Assembly (NCBI GenBank): GCA_050084985.1
Contig: JBITNC010000001.1
Coordinates: forward strand, 179,614,001-179,678,000
DNA: 64,000 nucleotides
Source: Nageia nagi
Taxonomy: Eukaryota; Plantae; Pinophyta
Reading direction: 5' to 3'
The notes under the pieces are model-generated. The model was not told the origin of the DNA and did no database searches. It was given only the letters and a program-made list of their open reading frames with translations. The number at the start of each line of letters is the position of its first letter. Within the stretch, counting starts at the first letter, position 1. Both the position numbers and the translations under genes were made by a program. This document shows, piece by piece, positions 13,935 to 28,200 of this stretch.

Positions 13935-14507
13935 TTTTTTTTTATGGTTAAAAAAAACTTTATTTATACTAAGAAAAAAAAGAATAGAGAGAAACAATGT
14001 ATTGTTACTACCAAAACTAGGCCATAATGGCATACAAGGTTAAACCAAAAACTATTGAACTATGTAGAGAAGGATCACCGGATGCTAAGTGTACCATTGA
14101 GAAAGTAAGGTAGATGAATTTTGCATTCAATTTGGCTTTTTTGGAGATTAAAGTTTGAGATTGTGGACCCCCACTAAGTGATGGAAATTCTTAAGAGATA
14201 AACCTCCATGTTTTTTTATAAGATTCCTACTTGTCTTTTTGAACTTCAAATGTGTTTGCTTGATAGTTGGAGCCATTGAGTTATGCTTGAAGGGATGATA
14301 AGGTGCTTTGAGAGATGTTGATGTTGAAGTTGTATGCATGTTTTTTGTCATCGTGCTACTAGGTGGGATCCTTATCAGAGTAACTTTGTACTATCTAAGC
14401 TATTAACATTTTTTGAGGAGGAGCTTGAGGGATGGATGACTAAGCCTAAGTCTCTATGGGGACTATGGGATTAGGGGAATGCTTTTCAAAAGTTTGAGGC
14501 ACTTGAT
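13935..14507 (-). mobile_element. probable 5'-truncated non-LTR retroelement 3' end inserted in a TTA array
   Basis: Minus strand ends AATAAAG-T9-AACCAT-poly(A). It is flanked on both sides by (TTA)n and has no recognisable protein. Confidence 0.4.
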
Positions 14508-14509
14508 TT

Positions 14510-16130
14510 CATTATTATTAATTTTTTTTATTATTTTTATAATTCTTATTATTATTATTTTAATATAAATTTAATTTTTAATATATATAAATTTTGTAAT
14601 TTATATTTATAATTTATATTATTATTTTACTATTCTTATTATAATTATTATTAATATTTTCTTATTATTCATATTATTATTTATTGTTATTATTTATTAT
14701 TATTATTATCCTTATTAATTATTATTATTATTTTATGAATTCTATGTTAGTGTCAAATTACTTCGTTATTAGAGTCCATATTGTTGTAGAAAAAGATTTA
14801 CAACATGTATAACATTGAAATAACATGTGTTAGATAGCTTTGACTCAAAAGAACTAAATAACATTTGAGCTATTGTTATTAAAGCATGGTATCAAATAAT
14901 AAAAATGGTGCATATAGAGAAAATAGAAAAGCAAGTTTATCCATGGGCATGGTCTTATTAGCTAGAACGAAACTCCTAATTGAGTTTTAACAATGAGTTG
15001 TTTGGATGTTTTTATGGATGTGTACATTGAATGTAAGGAATTATTTATCATATCTAAGCTCAGGTTTGTATCTTTCTCATATTAGTTCATAATTTGATGT
15101 GTTTGAAATTGTGATCTTGTAGAAGAAGATATAAATTTGTTACAAGAAATAGTTGAAAGATATATAAAACCCTCAACAAATAAAAAAAATACTATTACTA
15201 ATAAAAAATATTAATATTAATATTATTATTATTATTATTACTATTATTATTGTTATTTAATTTTTAAATTATTGTTATTATTATTAATTTTTTAATATTA
15301 TTATTGTTATTATTATTAAATTTTTTAATATTATTATTATTATTATTAATATTTTTTTTATAATTTTATTATTATTTTACTATTATTATTACTATTAATA
15401 TAATTTTTATTAAATTTTTTAATGTTATTTTTGTTATTAATTTTTTTAATTACTATACTTTTTATTTTTATTATTATTATTATTATTGTTTATCTTCACA
15501 ACAATACATGGGTACCATTGAAGGGATTTGAACTTGTGACCTCCCCCCATCGAATTGAAGCACTTTTCCACCATAGTGTGCCCTTTGGGACTAAAAATTT
15601 AGGCTAAAATTTTGATGATTCTATGTCCATATGTGTGTAATGGGGAGTCTTATAACCTGGGTTTTACCACTTCCTTTATTACCCCTCCACATGGGAATAG
15701 TTTCCTCTTTTTTGCTAGTGGGATTAGAACCCTTGACCTTCCAAAGGGAGATCGAGAGACCTTACCACTACACCTCACAACAATTATTACTATTAATATT
15801 ATTATTATTTTTTAATTTTTTCTATTATTATTATTATTTGAAGTGTTATAAATTTGTTATTAATATTTTTCTTATTTTTATTATTATTATTATTAATTGT
15901 TATTATTGTTATTTTTATTATTATTTTTTATTGTAAATATTACTATTTTTATTCATTTTTTATTATTTTATTTATTTATTATTATTAAATTTTTTAATCT
16001 TCTTGTTATTATTTTTATAAAAAATTAATTTTAATATAAATTTTATTTTTTATATTTAAAATTTATATTTATAATTTAAAACTTTATTATTTATATTTTT
16101 AATTGATTTAAATTTTAATTTAATTAATTG
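14510..16130. repeat. several degenerate (TTA)n/(ATT)n tracts (14510-14735, 15190-15490, 15783-16130)
   Basis: Seen directly; these explain the I/L/F-rich spurious ORFs here. Confidence 0.85.
15495..15780 (-). mobile_element. tRNA-derived SINE-like sequence with two tandem pol III heads
   Basis: Minus strand head 1 (about 15780-15712): TGAGGTGTAGTGGTAA (A box) ... GGTCAAGGGTTCTAATCCC (B box). Head 2 (about 15583-15520): TATGGTGGAAAAG ... GGTCACAAGTTCAAATCCC. Confidence 0.55.
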
Positions 16131-17759
16131 ACTTCAATTAAATTTGAACACATTTTATGGAATTCAAATGCATGGATGATGGAGAGGCGATATGTGTAGG
16201 TGGGATGGAGGGAAAAGAGTTACATGGAAAGTGAGGGAACAAGAGATTCATGTAGAAACTCCCATGTTTCTCTACCTAAATTTAGTGGTGTCATTTTAAA
16301 TTATGATGTGCTATAAATCTAATTAATTTGGGTTGTGGATGTGGCACATAGAGCTTGGATTGTGATTAATAGAGTTTAGGTTTGGTAGCCCCAATTTTCA
16401 TGGGAATTAAAAGAAGAGGAAGGTTGGAAGTTATGGTTTTAGGAATATAAATCCTGATATGCAACTTAGTAAATATGGTAGTTAATATTTTGGGTTGTTA
16501 AGGGAAGGTATTCATGGTCATGGTAGTGGTAATTTTAGGTTATAAATGGATGATGGTCATGGGATAGGGAGTGGTAATTTTGAGGGGGTGTTGAATTTTA
16601 TTTTGGAGTGGAGGATGGAATGAAGAAGAGGTTTTAAATATCTAGGATCCAATTTAAAGATCCAAGATCCAAGGCCAACATGGAAGATGGCAAAGCAAAA
16701 AAAGAAAAGATCATTGCAAAAACTAAGGAGATAGGAGGCAAGGAAGAAGAGAGATAAGAGATGCAAAGAGCTAGAAGAGAAGGAGGTAATGGAGGAGGCA
16801 TGAGGAATTAAGGCTAACAATTTGATTTCTTCCAATGGGGGAGATCATCTTGCAAGAAATGAAGTGTCTATTCCTCTTCATGAGATAACTATAGTAGAAA
16901 TCATTTGATAAGATGCATGATTCAGATATAGTCTTATGGAATGAAATATATACAATCTATGCACAAAATAGAGATGTTGGTGCATGATGTATCCATATAT
17001 CCCAAATATTCAATTCCTAAGAACAACATGCATGGATTCAAAATCATCCTATCTCACACATCCAAAATACCACCAACCTTAACCAATTGCACCACCATTT
17101 CCTATGACTCCATCAACCCAACTTTGATAAACCATCCATAAAATCATAATAAATATAAATGGTAAAATAAGAAATTTAACCCAATATCATGAATTTATTG
17201 CTAAGTTTTAATGTAATATTATTAATTATGATGCCATCACTCTTATTGATTATGATTATTCCATTTACCTTCACATGTCATAAAATCAATCACCAATATA
17301 AATAAATAATCCACACAACCCTAGAAATTGAACTATGCAATGACTTTGCAAGGAAACTCTACCTCAAAGAGCTATCCAAGGGAGCAAAATGTACTTTTTT
17401 GAGAGGAATGTATTGAATTAAGGAAGTAAGGGTGCACCCATTGAGAAAATTACATCACCAAAATGAATGCCTACAATACATAAACCATCAATCAATAAAT
17501 AAAATATGATAATCAACCAACAAACCAAAATACCACTAGTTTCACATGTAATACCATCTCACTGATTTGAACATTTATACATATCATATCAAACAAACAA
17601 AACACACCACCAGATAAGACTAAGAACCAACAAAGTAGAGGGAGTAGCAGAGCCACTAGTAAATAAAGAGTTGCAAAGCTACCAATGGAGGAGCTAACTA
17701 GCAAAAGGGAGAGAAATGCAACCAAAAATAAAGCATCCCTATCTCATCAATCAGGAAAA

Positions 17760-18110
17760 GGATTAGTATGTGGAATGTCCACTCAACTACCACTTCATAA
17801 AGGTATTACAAGGAGAACCCAAAGATATCATACATCAAAACTATAAAGATGAAGGAACCAAAGATCTTAGAGGCATAGAAGGATATGCTTGCATTTATAG
17901 AGCACCAAAGGAAGATATTCAATAAGGTAGGACTAATGAATCTAATCAACATGCCAAAACTTTTTTCCTACATAAATGTGATAAATTTCATCTATTGTTG
18001 CTACCATCAAAACAACTATAGTTAGATAAGCCATATGAAATAACATAGGAGGTTATCAAGTGAATAACTAGACTAAAACATATAGGATCTGATCATTACC
18101 ACTTAACATA
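17760..18110 (+). mobile_element. degenerate AP-endonuclease-like remnant (non-LTR retroelement type)
   Basis: RISMWNV at about 17760-17780 and IGSDHY at about 18082-18100 resemble the N- and C-terminal EEP-family motifs. The spacing is short and the rest is decayed. Confidence 0.3.
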
Positions 18111-21100
18111 ATGGAGGAATCTGGTAAAAGCTATGGTGGTAGAGTGCCTAATGGGCACAAAAATAAATACAAAAGTGGTGGAATTGGGATTGATTATGCT
18201 ACCCCTTGGGAGAAAATAAGATTGATCATCAAAATTTTACACAAACCTCCATGGTCTAATGATAAATTTCATGACATGGATAAAGGAGGTCTAGAGCTTG
18301 ATTCAAGACCACAAAAGGATACTAGTTTAGGATATTACAGTATTTGGTAGTGAAGTCTACTGATCTGATATATAGAAGCTAGGCTTCCACATAAAGTTGA
18401 TTATAGTAACTACCAAAAATTCATCAAATTTGTTAAAATGAAACAAGTAAGAAAGGGGGAGTAGTCAAGTAATCCATCCCAAGTAGGCCCAAGCTCCATT
18501 GTATCGATTCAATCATCCTTAGAGTGCATTGCAAAAAGGAAAGAGCAAGACCTAGAGACTAACGAGTAGGGAACACTTGCAAAATAAATAGAGGAGGTAA
18601 TGCATTGATGAAGAACCTAGTAAAGAAATGACAGCAAATGAAGTTAACTGAATAGAGATACCTTAAGAGCCAATAAAGATTAAAATTTTAGATACTAAGT
18701 AATCCATCCAACACATTATTGATGAAAAAAACACCATCACCCCCAAATTCATTGTATTGTTAGAGTTGTCTTCCATACCTAGCCACCACCATATCAAATA
18801 AGTCATGATATCATTGTTCTATTTTTATTCTAGTATTTGCTCCTATTCTTATTCTAGTTAGTACTATTTCAACTTCTAATTCCATACTGATACCTATCAC
18901 TACTTCATAAACACTTTTAATACCATAAATCACTAACCTTATCAATGCTATCATTATCATACTTCCACCAACCAGCCTTCTAGTAGCCAATAACATATCC
19001 CTCATTATTAAAGTAGAGTAGGGACAAACACACATTCCTAGAAACACCCCTACCCAGACTCATATTATAATTCTATTTCAAAGTTCATTAAGCCACAAAA
19101 CTAACCAATCTCATACTCCCATATTACTAAAAATTAACATTCTAAACTAGTTGATACAAGCCATTATTTTATCCTAGACCACTACTTAATTAGTGAAATA
19201 ATGAACAAAAACATCAACTCATTCCACCAAGCTTATGAATTTCAACATCAAGAGCTCATAAACATTGTCTAATCGATCATATACCAACTCCAACAACACA
19301 CCTAATATACTTCCATCCAATTTACAAATCTAACAATAAATTTGGAATAATTAGTCATTGCTTCCATAACCAAAATCACCTAACTCATCGATAACTATGC
19401 CCTTATTGGCCTTATCCATGATAAATTTTCCTCCATCAAATTCCAACTAGACCATACCATTGATCAACACATACAAATGATCACCACCCATCACTAAAAA
19501 GAGATCATACTACAATAGTTGCACCAAGAGGAGATAGATAAAATAATAGCTACTTATAAGGTAGAAATAGAGAAGTATAAGGAAGAGATCAATCAATTGA
19601 GGATGAATCAACTAGTTAAAAACACACAAACAACAACCAAATAACTTTGGGTTGAACAAGAAGTGGTAATGGAAAATCTTTAACTTTAGAAGGAGAAGAA
19701 AATCAATACATTTAAACTAAATTGGGATAAGGATGCTAAAGAGCTCCACATTGGTAAAGGAATGGTCAAACAAATGCTCAAGGTAGGAACATAAGAAAAT
19801 ACAAAGTTGGTTGAACTAACTAAGCAACTACATAAGGAGATCAATTGAGTCATAAAAGAGATAGAATAGATCAATGCCATGAAATAAGAGATAGGTTGAC
19901 TAAACAAGGAGTTAGAAATAGTAAAAACTATGTAAAGGAATTTGGAGAAACTCTAGTAGGAGAAAGAAAAATAATATAATCAACATAAGGAAGAACTGAC
20001 TTAGTCTATCAATGAAATTTAGAATGATATCCATCTCTATAGGGTCATTTTCTTCAATATCTAGAATTTCATAAATTAGCACCAATAGGTAGACTTAGAA
20101 GGCATCAATAAACAAATGGTTGAATTTCACCAAAGAGATTAAGAAATACAAAAATAGTTTTCACTATCAATTGACAAACTCCAAGAGATAACAATAATTA
20201 ACCAACAAGTGTTAGATCTGGTAGTTCAAGTGAAAGAGATGCAAATTATAATTGAAACTATAATAAAGGGGATATAACAAATAAATAAAGTACACCATAC
20301 ATAGATAACATAATTATAGTAGTTGATAGCACAAGAGATACCTAATTCCTTATAGGAAATTCAGTCCAAGATGCATCTTACCTTTTTTCATTGTTAAATT
20401 AACCACAACATCAAGGTTTAGATTCTTTAGTAGGATCAATACTCACCTCATCCTAAGCTCAGCACCATCAACCCACTACCTCAAATGTTAACCCCCATGC
20501 AACAACCCACAATGGTGAATCTCATACCGATGATGTTGCACGAGAGAAATTAGTTGTCTCATGGCTTAAAATTAATATCTAGGATCATGAAGTGCAATAT
20601 AATCAAGTTGGGCTATGAACCATATTATGGGTTGATGATATATGAATGAATGTATTTTTAAAGTTAATATAGTAAAGGCACTTTTTGTTCAATTTATGAT
20701 ATTATATACATGCATGATGAAGGTATAACTAGAAAAGTAAAAAAAAAAACTAAAATATGATCCTAAGAAGTTAAAATTGATTAAGGATGATTACGAAATG
20801 AGAAAAATACCTAAAAAAGAAAAATTGCTAAACTAGAAGGATAATTTATAAAAAAGAATAAATAATAAAGGATGGCATGCTTAGTAACTTATAAATTACT
20901 AGGGAAGACACCACCCATCCCATGATTGTTTCAATGGCTCATCAATTTTACTTTAATTCTTGAGATGCAAACTATTATCCCTAAGATCTGATCCCTTACT
21001 CATAACTAGAATGCCATCAATTCTTGATGATTTCTTACCTCATTAGAATCTTGATCATACAAACAACTTACCAATCAGAGGTAGATGGATGGGAGATGAT

Positions 21101-23983
21101 AATCAAGGCTATCAAATACATGACTATAGTAGTGTATTGCCATTGAATATTCTTTGAAGATGAGTGGGAATTCACTAAATTAAGGTTTTCCTTTTCATAT
21201 TGGCCTTATGAAACCCCTCAAGTATATGCTTAAGATGTGCAACAAAAATATTGACTCATGAACCCCCTAATGACTATTTAATCAAGAGCTTTATTGTAAG
21301 CAAAGGAGTATTGGGATGGATAATGCAATGGTTACCCTATATGAGGGTAGTATTTGATTACACTAACTATTTAACTTGACCTTATCAACCAAGGATTGAC
21401 AGTATATGGGTGTTTTAATTTTGGAGAACCCAAATTCAGTGTCAGATAAGAAGAATCCATCAATTGAAAGTGATTTTTAAGAAACTTACATGAATATTAT
21501 ATAATTAGAAAAAGCAAATGTGAAATACTAGGAACCCCATTTGCACCACTACTAAATTGAACTTACATAAGGTTTTGTACTTCCCTATCAATAATCTAGT
21601 TACTATTGTTATCAAACATTTTTAGAAGAGAGAATCATATGCTTGGGAATTAGACATTTATGGAGAGGAATTGCTCATAAAGGTGAATGCTTGAAAAGTA
21701 TTTTTGGAGTCTAAACTTAATATGATAATGAATTTTTTACGATTTTGATAAGGTCCCACACCTTGAATCATTCTAGACTGTGCTACTCATATCTTGTTGT
21801 GACATCTTTTGATTTTATACAGATCAATTCCCAAGTACAACTACATGAGATTGAATGGATTATCAATTGATTATTAAGAATGAATATTGTGTATGATTTT
21901 TGTAATTATTTTGTGTAAACCCATGATCTAGTACCAATGCCCCTTGAATAATGGTGAAAATGTTGTAAAAAAATGAGTGTCGATCTCATTACAAGAATTA
22001 GAAGGAGAAACCAGAAGAGATGTCACATTGACTTTCTATGAAGAAGATTAATAATTAATGAAGTAAGTTATTAGTATGCGAATCGAGGATTATTTTGATG
22101 ATTAAGTTGGTGAGGATGTTAGTAGGAGAGAATTTCACTTCATTAGTTTGATTGAACATTAATTGGGTTGTATTACTACCTAAATCCCATTAGTTATTCC
22201 TCATGTTAGCCATATCTGACTGAATTGATGCATCCTCTCAATGATTGACTAAGGATGCTAAAGAGGGACCAATAATAGAGTGGAGAAGTGTAGGTAAGAG
22301 TTAAGAGAGGGATAGATAGAGAAATATTACTTATCATTGTAACTTATTATATAGATTATTATTAATAATAAATACTTGATCCCCCTTTTATTCATGTCTT
22401 GATTACTATCTCTTTTATTTATGTTGTTCCTTTTCATTTTCTCATTGATCCTTTATTGTAGATAATAACCACCCAACCAATTCATTTGGTCAACATCATG
22501 CCTGACATCCGTGTACCATGGTTGAGAATGTTTTCCTATGAATTGTTTGACAAGATGCATGATTTATGTATAAATCCTATTGCAAGTATTTCAATTTGTT
22601 GCATGTTGGTTGATAAGTGAGTGATTATGTAAGGGAATTGTTGAATACATATACATTGCAAGGGCTAGTGAATTGTTTGATAAGACACATTAGATAGAAA
22701 GTGATCAATAATTGAAAACATTTCAATTATTTGAATCCTACCATGGACATTCTTCCAACCATCAATCATTGTAGTGAGGTCCAAACTCTCAAAGTGGGGT
22801 ATGCCTTTAGCTTAATTATTAATTGAAAATTCATTGAGTAATTTTGTTTTCAAAAAATGTAATTACATAATCAATTAATTACTAATAATTATATACTTTA
22901 TACTTAATTGACACATTGAAATATATTATTTTTCATCCAACATGAAATTTTAAGATAAAACAATGTGTATTTGAGTAAGCATTGATGGAAACGGTTGAAA
23001 ATTATTTGCCCTACTATGAGAAGAAAGGTGTGTCATATAATCTTGATTTAAATTGATAGAGAACCCCATATTGTCCCTCCAATACAATGAGTGTTGCTCA
23101 TATTAAGGTAGTAGAAAGGAGCCATTAAAACATGAGGCATTTAAGATATTGAAATTTGTGTTAAGTTTGTAAGAATGAAATGAATATTAATACATAATTA
23201 GAGAGAAATTTAAATCAATAAATATATATATATTACAAATATTTATTTATTTTTCAAATGAAAATTTACTTAATCTATATATTTTTATTTAATTCATATA
23301 AATTTCTAAAAAAACTTGTTTGATTCATATGAATTTCAAAATATACCTTATTGAAGAAAGAAAAAGCATCATCTTGATAATAATTTTATGAAAAAAAATA
23401 AATTATCAAAATCTAACATGATTCTAAAATAGATTTTATAAAAGTATTAACTTTCTAAACATACCATAATGAATTTGTTTCATCTTGCTAATAATTTTAT
23501 TTAAAATCCAACTTATCAAAAATCTAGCATACAATAAATTCTATAAAGTATAAACTTAAAAAAGATAATGACTTTTCTTATTATTATAACCAAATGAAGT
23601 ACAAGAATTCTTTTGGTTGTTTAAAAAATGAATTGATTAAATAAATATAATAATTTCCCTTAAATATAATATATAGAAATGTAGTTACTATACAAATACT
23701 TTTATTGCTTTTCATTATGATATTTTTGTTATAGATACTAACTTAAAAAATAATAAAATTTTATATTAATAATTTTAAATTAAAAGATAATGGATTTCCA
23801 TGTTACACCCTTTTAATAATTTTAAATATGTATGAGTAATTTTATTTATTATATAGAAAATAAAATATAAAAGATTGATTAAATTTTGATATTGGTATGA
23901 TCTAAAATTATTTAATTGTTATAAATATAGTTAACTTTTTATATAATTTTAATTTAGCATTTCCTTATTCCTAAATATATAGA

Positions 23984-24240
23984 TATGAAAATGATGAAAT
24001 ATATAAGATTAGATTTGATATTACTGTAAAATAAAATTGATTTAATTAGGGGAATGTAACAACCCTTTGACCAATCAAGTATGAAACCCCAATTATGATA
24101 ATTTAGTTGATTTATGAAAATGATGAAATATATAAGATTAGATTTGATATTATTGTAAAATAAAATTGATTTATATGAGAATGTAACAACCCCTTCGACC
24201 AATCAAGTATGAAACCCCAATTATGATAATTTAGTTGATT
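23984..24240. repeat. tandem duplication, 2 x ~129 bp
   Basis: Units start at 23984 and 24113 and are nearly identical. Confidence 0.95.
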
Positions 24241-26517
24241 TTTCATACTTAAAATTAATATTCTTTCCATGCATGCTATGGGACAAGCTGAGAAGTCATA
24301 AACAAAGGAAGTATATATGGGAGCAATGAAAAAATATCCATATTATTGAAAGTAACTCTTTGATTAATGATGACTCTAGTAATTTTGATCTTGCGGGATG
24401 GTCAATCTCAATAGGTAAAATTTTGTGCACATATATTTAGTGTGAATATTACTTTGCATGATGAATTAATTCAATTGCAAAGGAAATTTTTAGATGCATG
24501 GATTTAATTTTACATCATGGTATTTTAACTTTATATTCAATAATTTTAAGGATTACTAAAATATGTTTAACCTAGGGATGAGATGGAAAAAGAATTATTA
24601 ATCTACCTTAGCATCTAAATATTGCCTCCTCCCAAATACCTTAAAATTTTATGTGATGTGTCTTAAATAATTGAACACTATTTAAACCTTGTGGCTTAAA
24701 AACAAACATAGAGTAAAATGAGACATACGGAGAAACATTTTATTCTCCACCCAAAATAAAATTAGTGATGCAAGTCATAATAATGCTTTTAAAATTATTT
24801 TTCAAAACGTTAGCTATAAATTCCTTAAAGGATTTCAAAGAAAAGGGAGGATTCTATTTTTTTAAAGGCAAGTTCCTGTTGAAAAAGTTGATCAAGTGGG
24901 AGTCTCTCTTTTGATGACAGGTGCACCCCTATTTATTTTTTATAATTTCTACTTCCCCCTGTGAGTATGTACTTGTATATTCCTTTTTGCATGTCTTTTA
25001 CTAGTTGTCTTATTTATGTTCATTGGGATTCTGTGAATGTTTTGAATGCTCCTTGCTCAATTTTTGGTTCTTCATGTTTCACCATAATAAAAAATATGGT
25101 ACCTCTAAATTTTATAGAGATTGTTGAGATTTGTAAGAATTATTTTATTACATCCTCATCTAATCAATCAATAGTTTGAGAGTAATAATATTATCGCAAA
25201 AGAGTGGGTTGCTTAGCTCGGTTATGACTTTGTTGGAAATTTCCAAAAGAATACTAATTTATTCTTTTTGGTTTCCTAAGTATAGATTATAAAATTGTCG
25301 TATAATAGGACTTTGTAACCTTTTTTGATATACTCTCTTTTCATTTCCATATAAGAGGATAGAGGTTTATATAAGATCTTCTTCCTTAGAATGCCACTAT
25401 AAATTATGATGAATACATACGGCATCCACGACCTGCAAGCATTAGTACTTATGAGTTCTTCCTTGAATTTATGCATAAATAATTTATGAAATTAAGATTG
25501 TGAGTCATTACCTAGTTAGATGCGAGGTCAATTTTTTATGTCGAGGAAGCTAATCATTTTGCAAGCGTCCTTTTCTTTGTTTGTACAACCTATGTCTTTT
25601 AAATCTCATCATTATGATTTATTTTTTGTAATAGTGACAATTTTGTTGATATCTCATTAATGTATAATCATTTTACAAAATCATTCCCGCATCCTGCTTC
25701 ATATTTACAATATCATACTAAGTCTACATCTATTTCTATCAATAAATATTTGATATAGTAGTTAGAAAATACTTTGGTGATTATCAAAAGCGACTCTCAT
25801 TGGTGAAAATTTCAAACTCAGTCATGTTTAAAAAAAAATGTTATAAAGTTGTAACTATGATGTGTTGCTGTCAATGGTGGTTTTCAAGTTATGTTGATAT
25901 GAGAAAATCAAAATAATGGATACATAGAACTAAATTGTTATCATCAAAATATGTTTTTTTTAGAAAATGGGATATGGCAAACAATATAGATTTTACCATC
26001 CTTTCTACAAATCAATCTGAGTATGAATAGTATTAAAACTTTATGACCCATGATCGAATGCCTATCATTTCCATATCATTCATGACTTTGATCGTTCGAT
26101 GAATAAAAAAAAGAACATAACTTTTTATCTCCTTGGCATCCATTCAAAAATGAGAAATCATTTGAGGGAGTATCCGTAAATTAATTTTCATTTCATTTGG
26201 TAGTACTTTAAAAACTCGTCAGTCCTTTTTGCTATATGCAAATCTATTACAGTAAGACCTTGATTTGCAAGTTCTTATTATGGAGTCTTCAAATAAATTA
26301 AATGTGAAATATCTAATTCTTTTGTAGATTTCTCTATTTGGAAGATCGATGTCTCATATCATTTAGTAGAAGACCCAAATCTATATCTAGCTATCACATG
26401 ACTTATTCCTTTGTGGTTACAAACCAATTAAAGGAAAAATAATATTTTTATTTGTTTGAAGGAGTAAATCCTCAATTTTTGTTACCTACTCCTCGTTGGA
26501 ACAATAGTATTTGTAAT

Positions 26518-26826
26518 TGAATGGTATTGAGATGATATGTTAATAAGGTTTTGAATCAGCGTATTGATTTGAGTAACATCGGGTATTGGTAGTGATGGAG
26601 TGTACTCCTGTTCAATACATCGTAAATAGTTTTTAATTCATTACCATACACATTATGAGGAGATGAGTAGTCAAATGAATGGTATTGAGATGATATGTTA
26701 ATAAGGTTTTGAATCAGCGTATTGATTTGAGTAACATCAGGTATTAGTAGTGATGGAGTGTACTCCTGTTCAATACATCGTAAATAGTTAATAATTCGTT
26801 ACCATACACATTATGAGGAGATTAGT
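26518..26826. repeat. tandem duplication, 2 x 158 bp, unit with foldback symmetry
   Basis: Units start at 26518 and 26676, with only a few substitutions. Confidence 0.95.
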
Positions 26827-27099
26827 TAATGATTTACGATCACAATATAAAAATCACATGTCAACTATGGTTTTGAAATATTGACATTTTTATTTTTATA
26901 TCTTTGGACTGGTCAATATTATATAGGAGTTTTCATGCTTTATAGATAGGCTTTGAAAGTTATAGGAATAACTAGATTTAATAAACTTAATAAATAAATT
27001 GAGTAAGATAATTGAAAAGTTTTAATGAACTTTTGACAAACATTGCATAGTATTTAATAAATAGTCACTTTGATTATGAAATTTTTTATACAAATAGGA

Positions 27100-28200
27100 T
27101 GCATATTTTTGAGATGAAGAGATTAACATGATGGTATTTTTGGATTATTAAGTGTGAAAATTAACTTATGTTGCTACTCACGAGATCTACAACAGAGTTT
27201 ATGTGAAAACTTTACTCCTTAGGATGCTTGTTAAAATTTTATAATTGAATGAAATTTGATCATTTTGATTAATTCTTTTGAGTGAAGCAAAACATTTTTA
27301 TTTAGAAACTATTTCAGGATGTTATACCCCAAAATAGAGGATGAGTGGTAGTTTTTTGAACATCAAGAGTAGAACACATTCCTGAATTAAGTTAATATAT
27401 CCAACTAATGCTTTTAAGGCACTCTAATGATCGAGTGGAAACATTCCAAGGAAATGCATGAAGAAACATCTCTTGTAAAAAAATTTGAAAAATATTGCTT
27501 CTTTTTCATGTATTTGAAAATCTCACACTATGATGTAATTCATTGTTTGAAATAATATAAAATAATGTTGGATGTGGCCTATAACCCATAGGTTTTGGTT
27601 CCAACATTACATAGTAAGATCGCTATGTAGATGGTGAATATTTTGAATTCTTAACAATTGCACAATTACTTTTCTCTCGCAAACCCTAAAGAATTGTTAA
27701 GATGTCCAAAAAATGAAATCATAACTCACAAGTCATTTTATTATGAGTTGTATTGTTAAGACAAGATCCATATTGAGTGAATATTAATCAAAGTTATTTT
27801 GGGTATCCAAATGAACTAAAAAGAAATTTAGAATGAGTAATTAATATGTTAGTTGAAGTAAAGTAATCCCATTGAAAACCTAACTTATGTATGATGGAAT
27901 CAAAGTTAACAAAAGAATTAAGACCAAAAATTTAAGTCATGCATTGGATGGTATGAAAACTTATTGGGATGTAAATTGAAAGCTCAAAATGGTGTAAGTA
28001 TCAAAATATCAATATTATAGGGAATAATCACTTAACTATGGTTCAATCATACTTAGTAAATTTTTTACTAAATTATATGAGGTGTAACAAAGCTACATTA
28101 ACTTGAAGTGAATGGTTCAATAGTGAGAAAGGAATCTAGGTCTCATTTAAATGTATTGAGAGTATCGTATTTATCATATATGATGAGTGGTTTATAACCA
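27100..28200 (+). mobile_element. degenerate hAT transposase remnant
   Basis: Decayed motifs in order: ATRF-like (gctactcacgag), AY.LNP-like (gcctataaccca), ILSQ..SSS.CERN-like (catacttagtaaa...gaggtgtaac), and KRNRL...LVFIHYN-like C-terminal dimerisation region. Confidence 0.4.

Noticed and set aside
15515-15780. True tRNA genes
   Set aside because: The boxes are degenerate and no acceptor stem or cloverleaf could be built; treated as SINE-like.
18400-22400. Long decayed coiled-coil/gag-like retroelement interior
   Set aside because: It looks TE-derived, but no motif, LTR pair or TSD could be pinned down.
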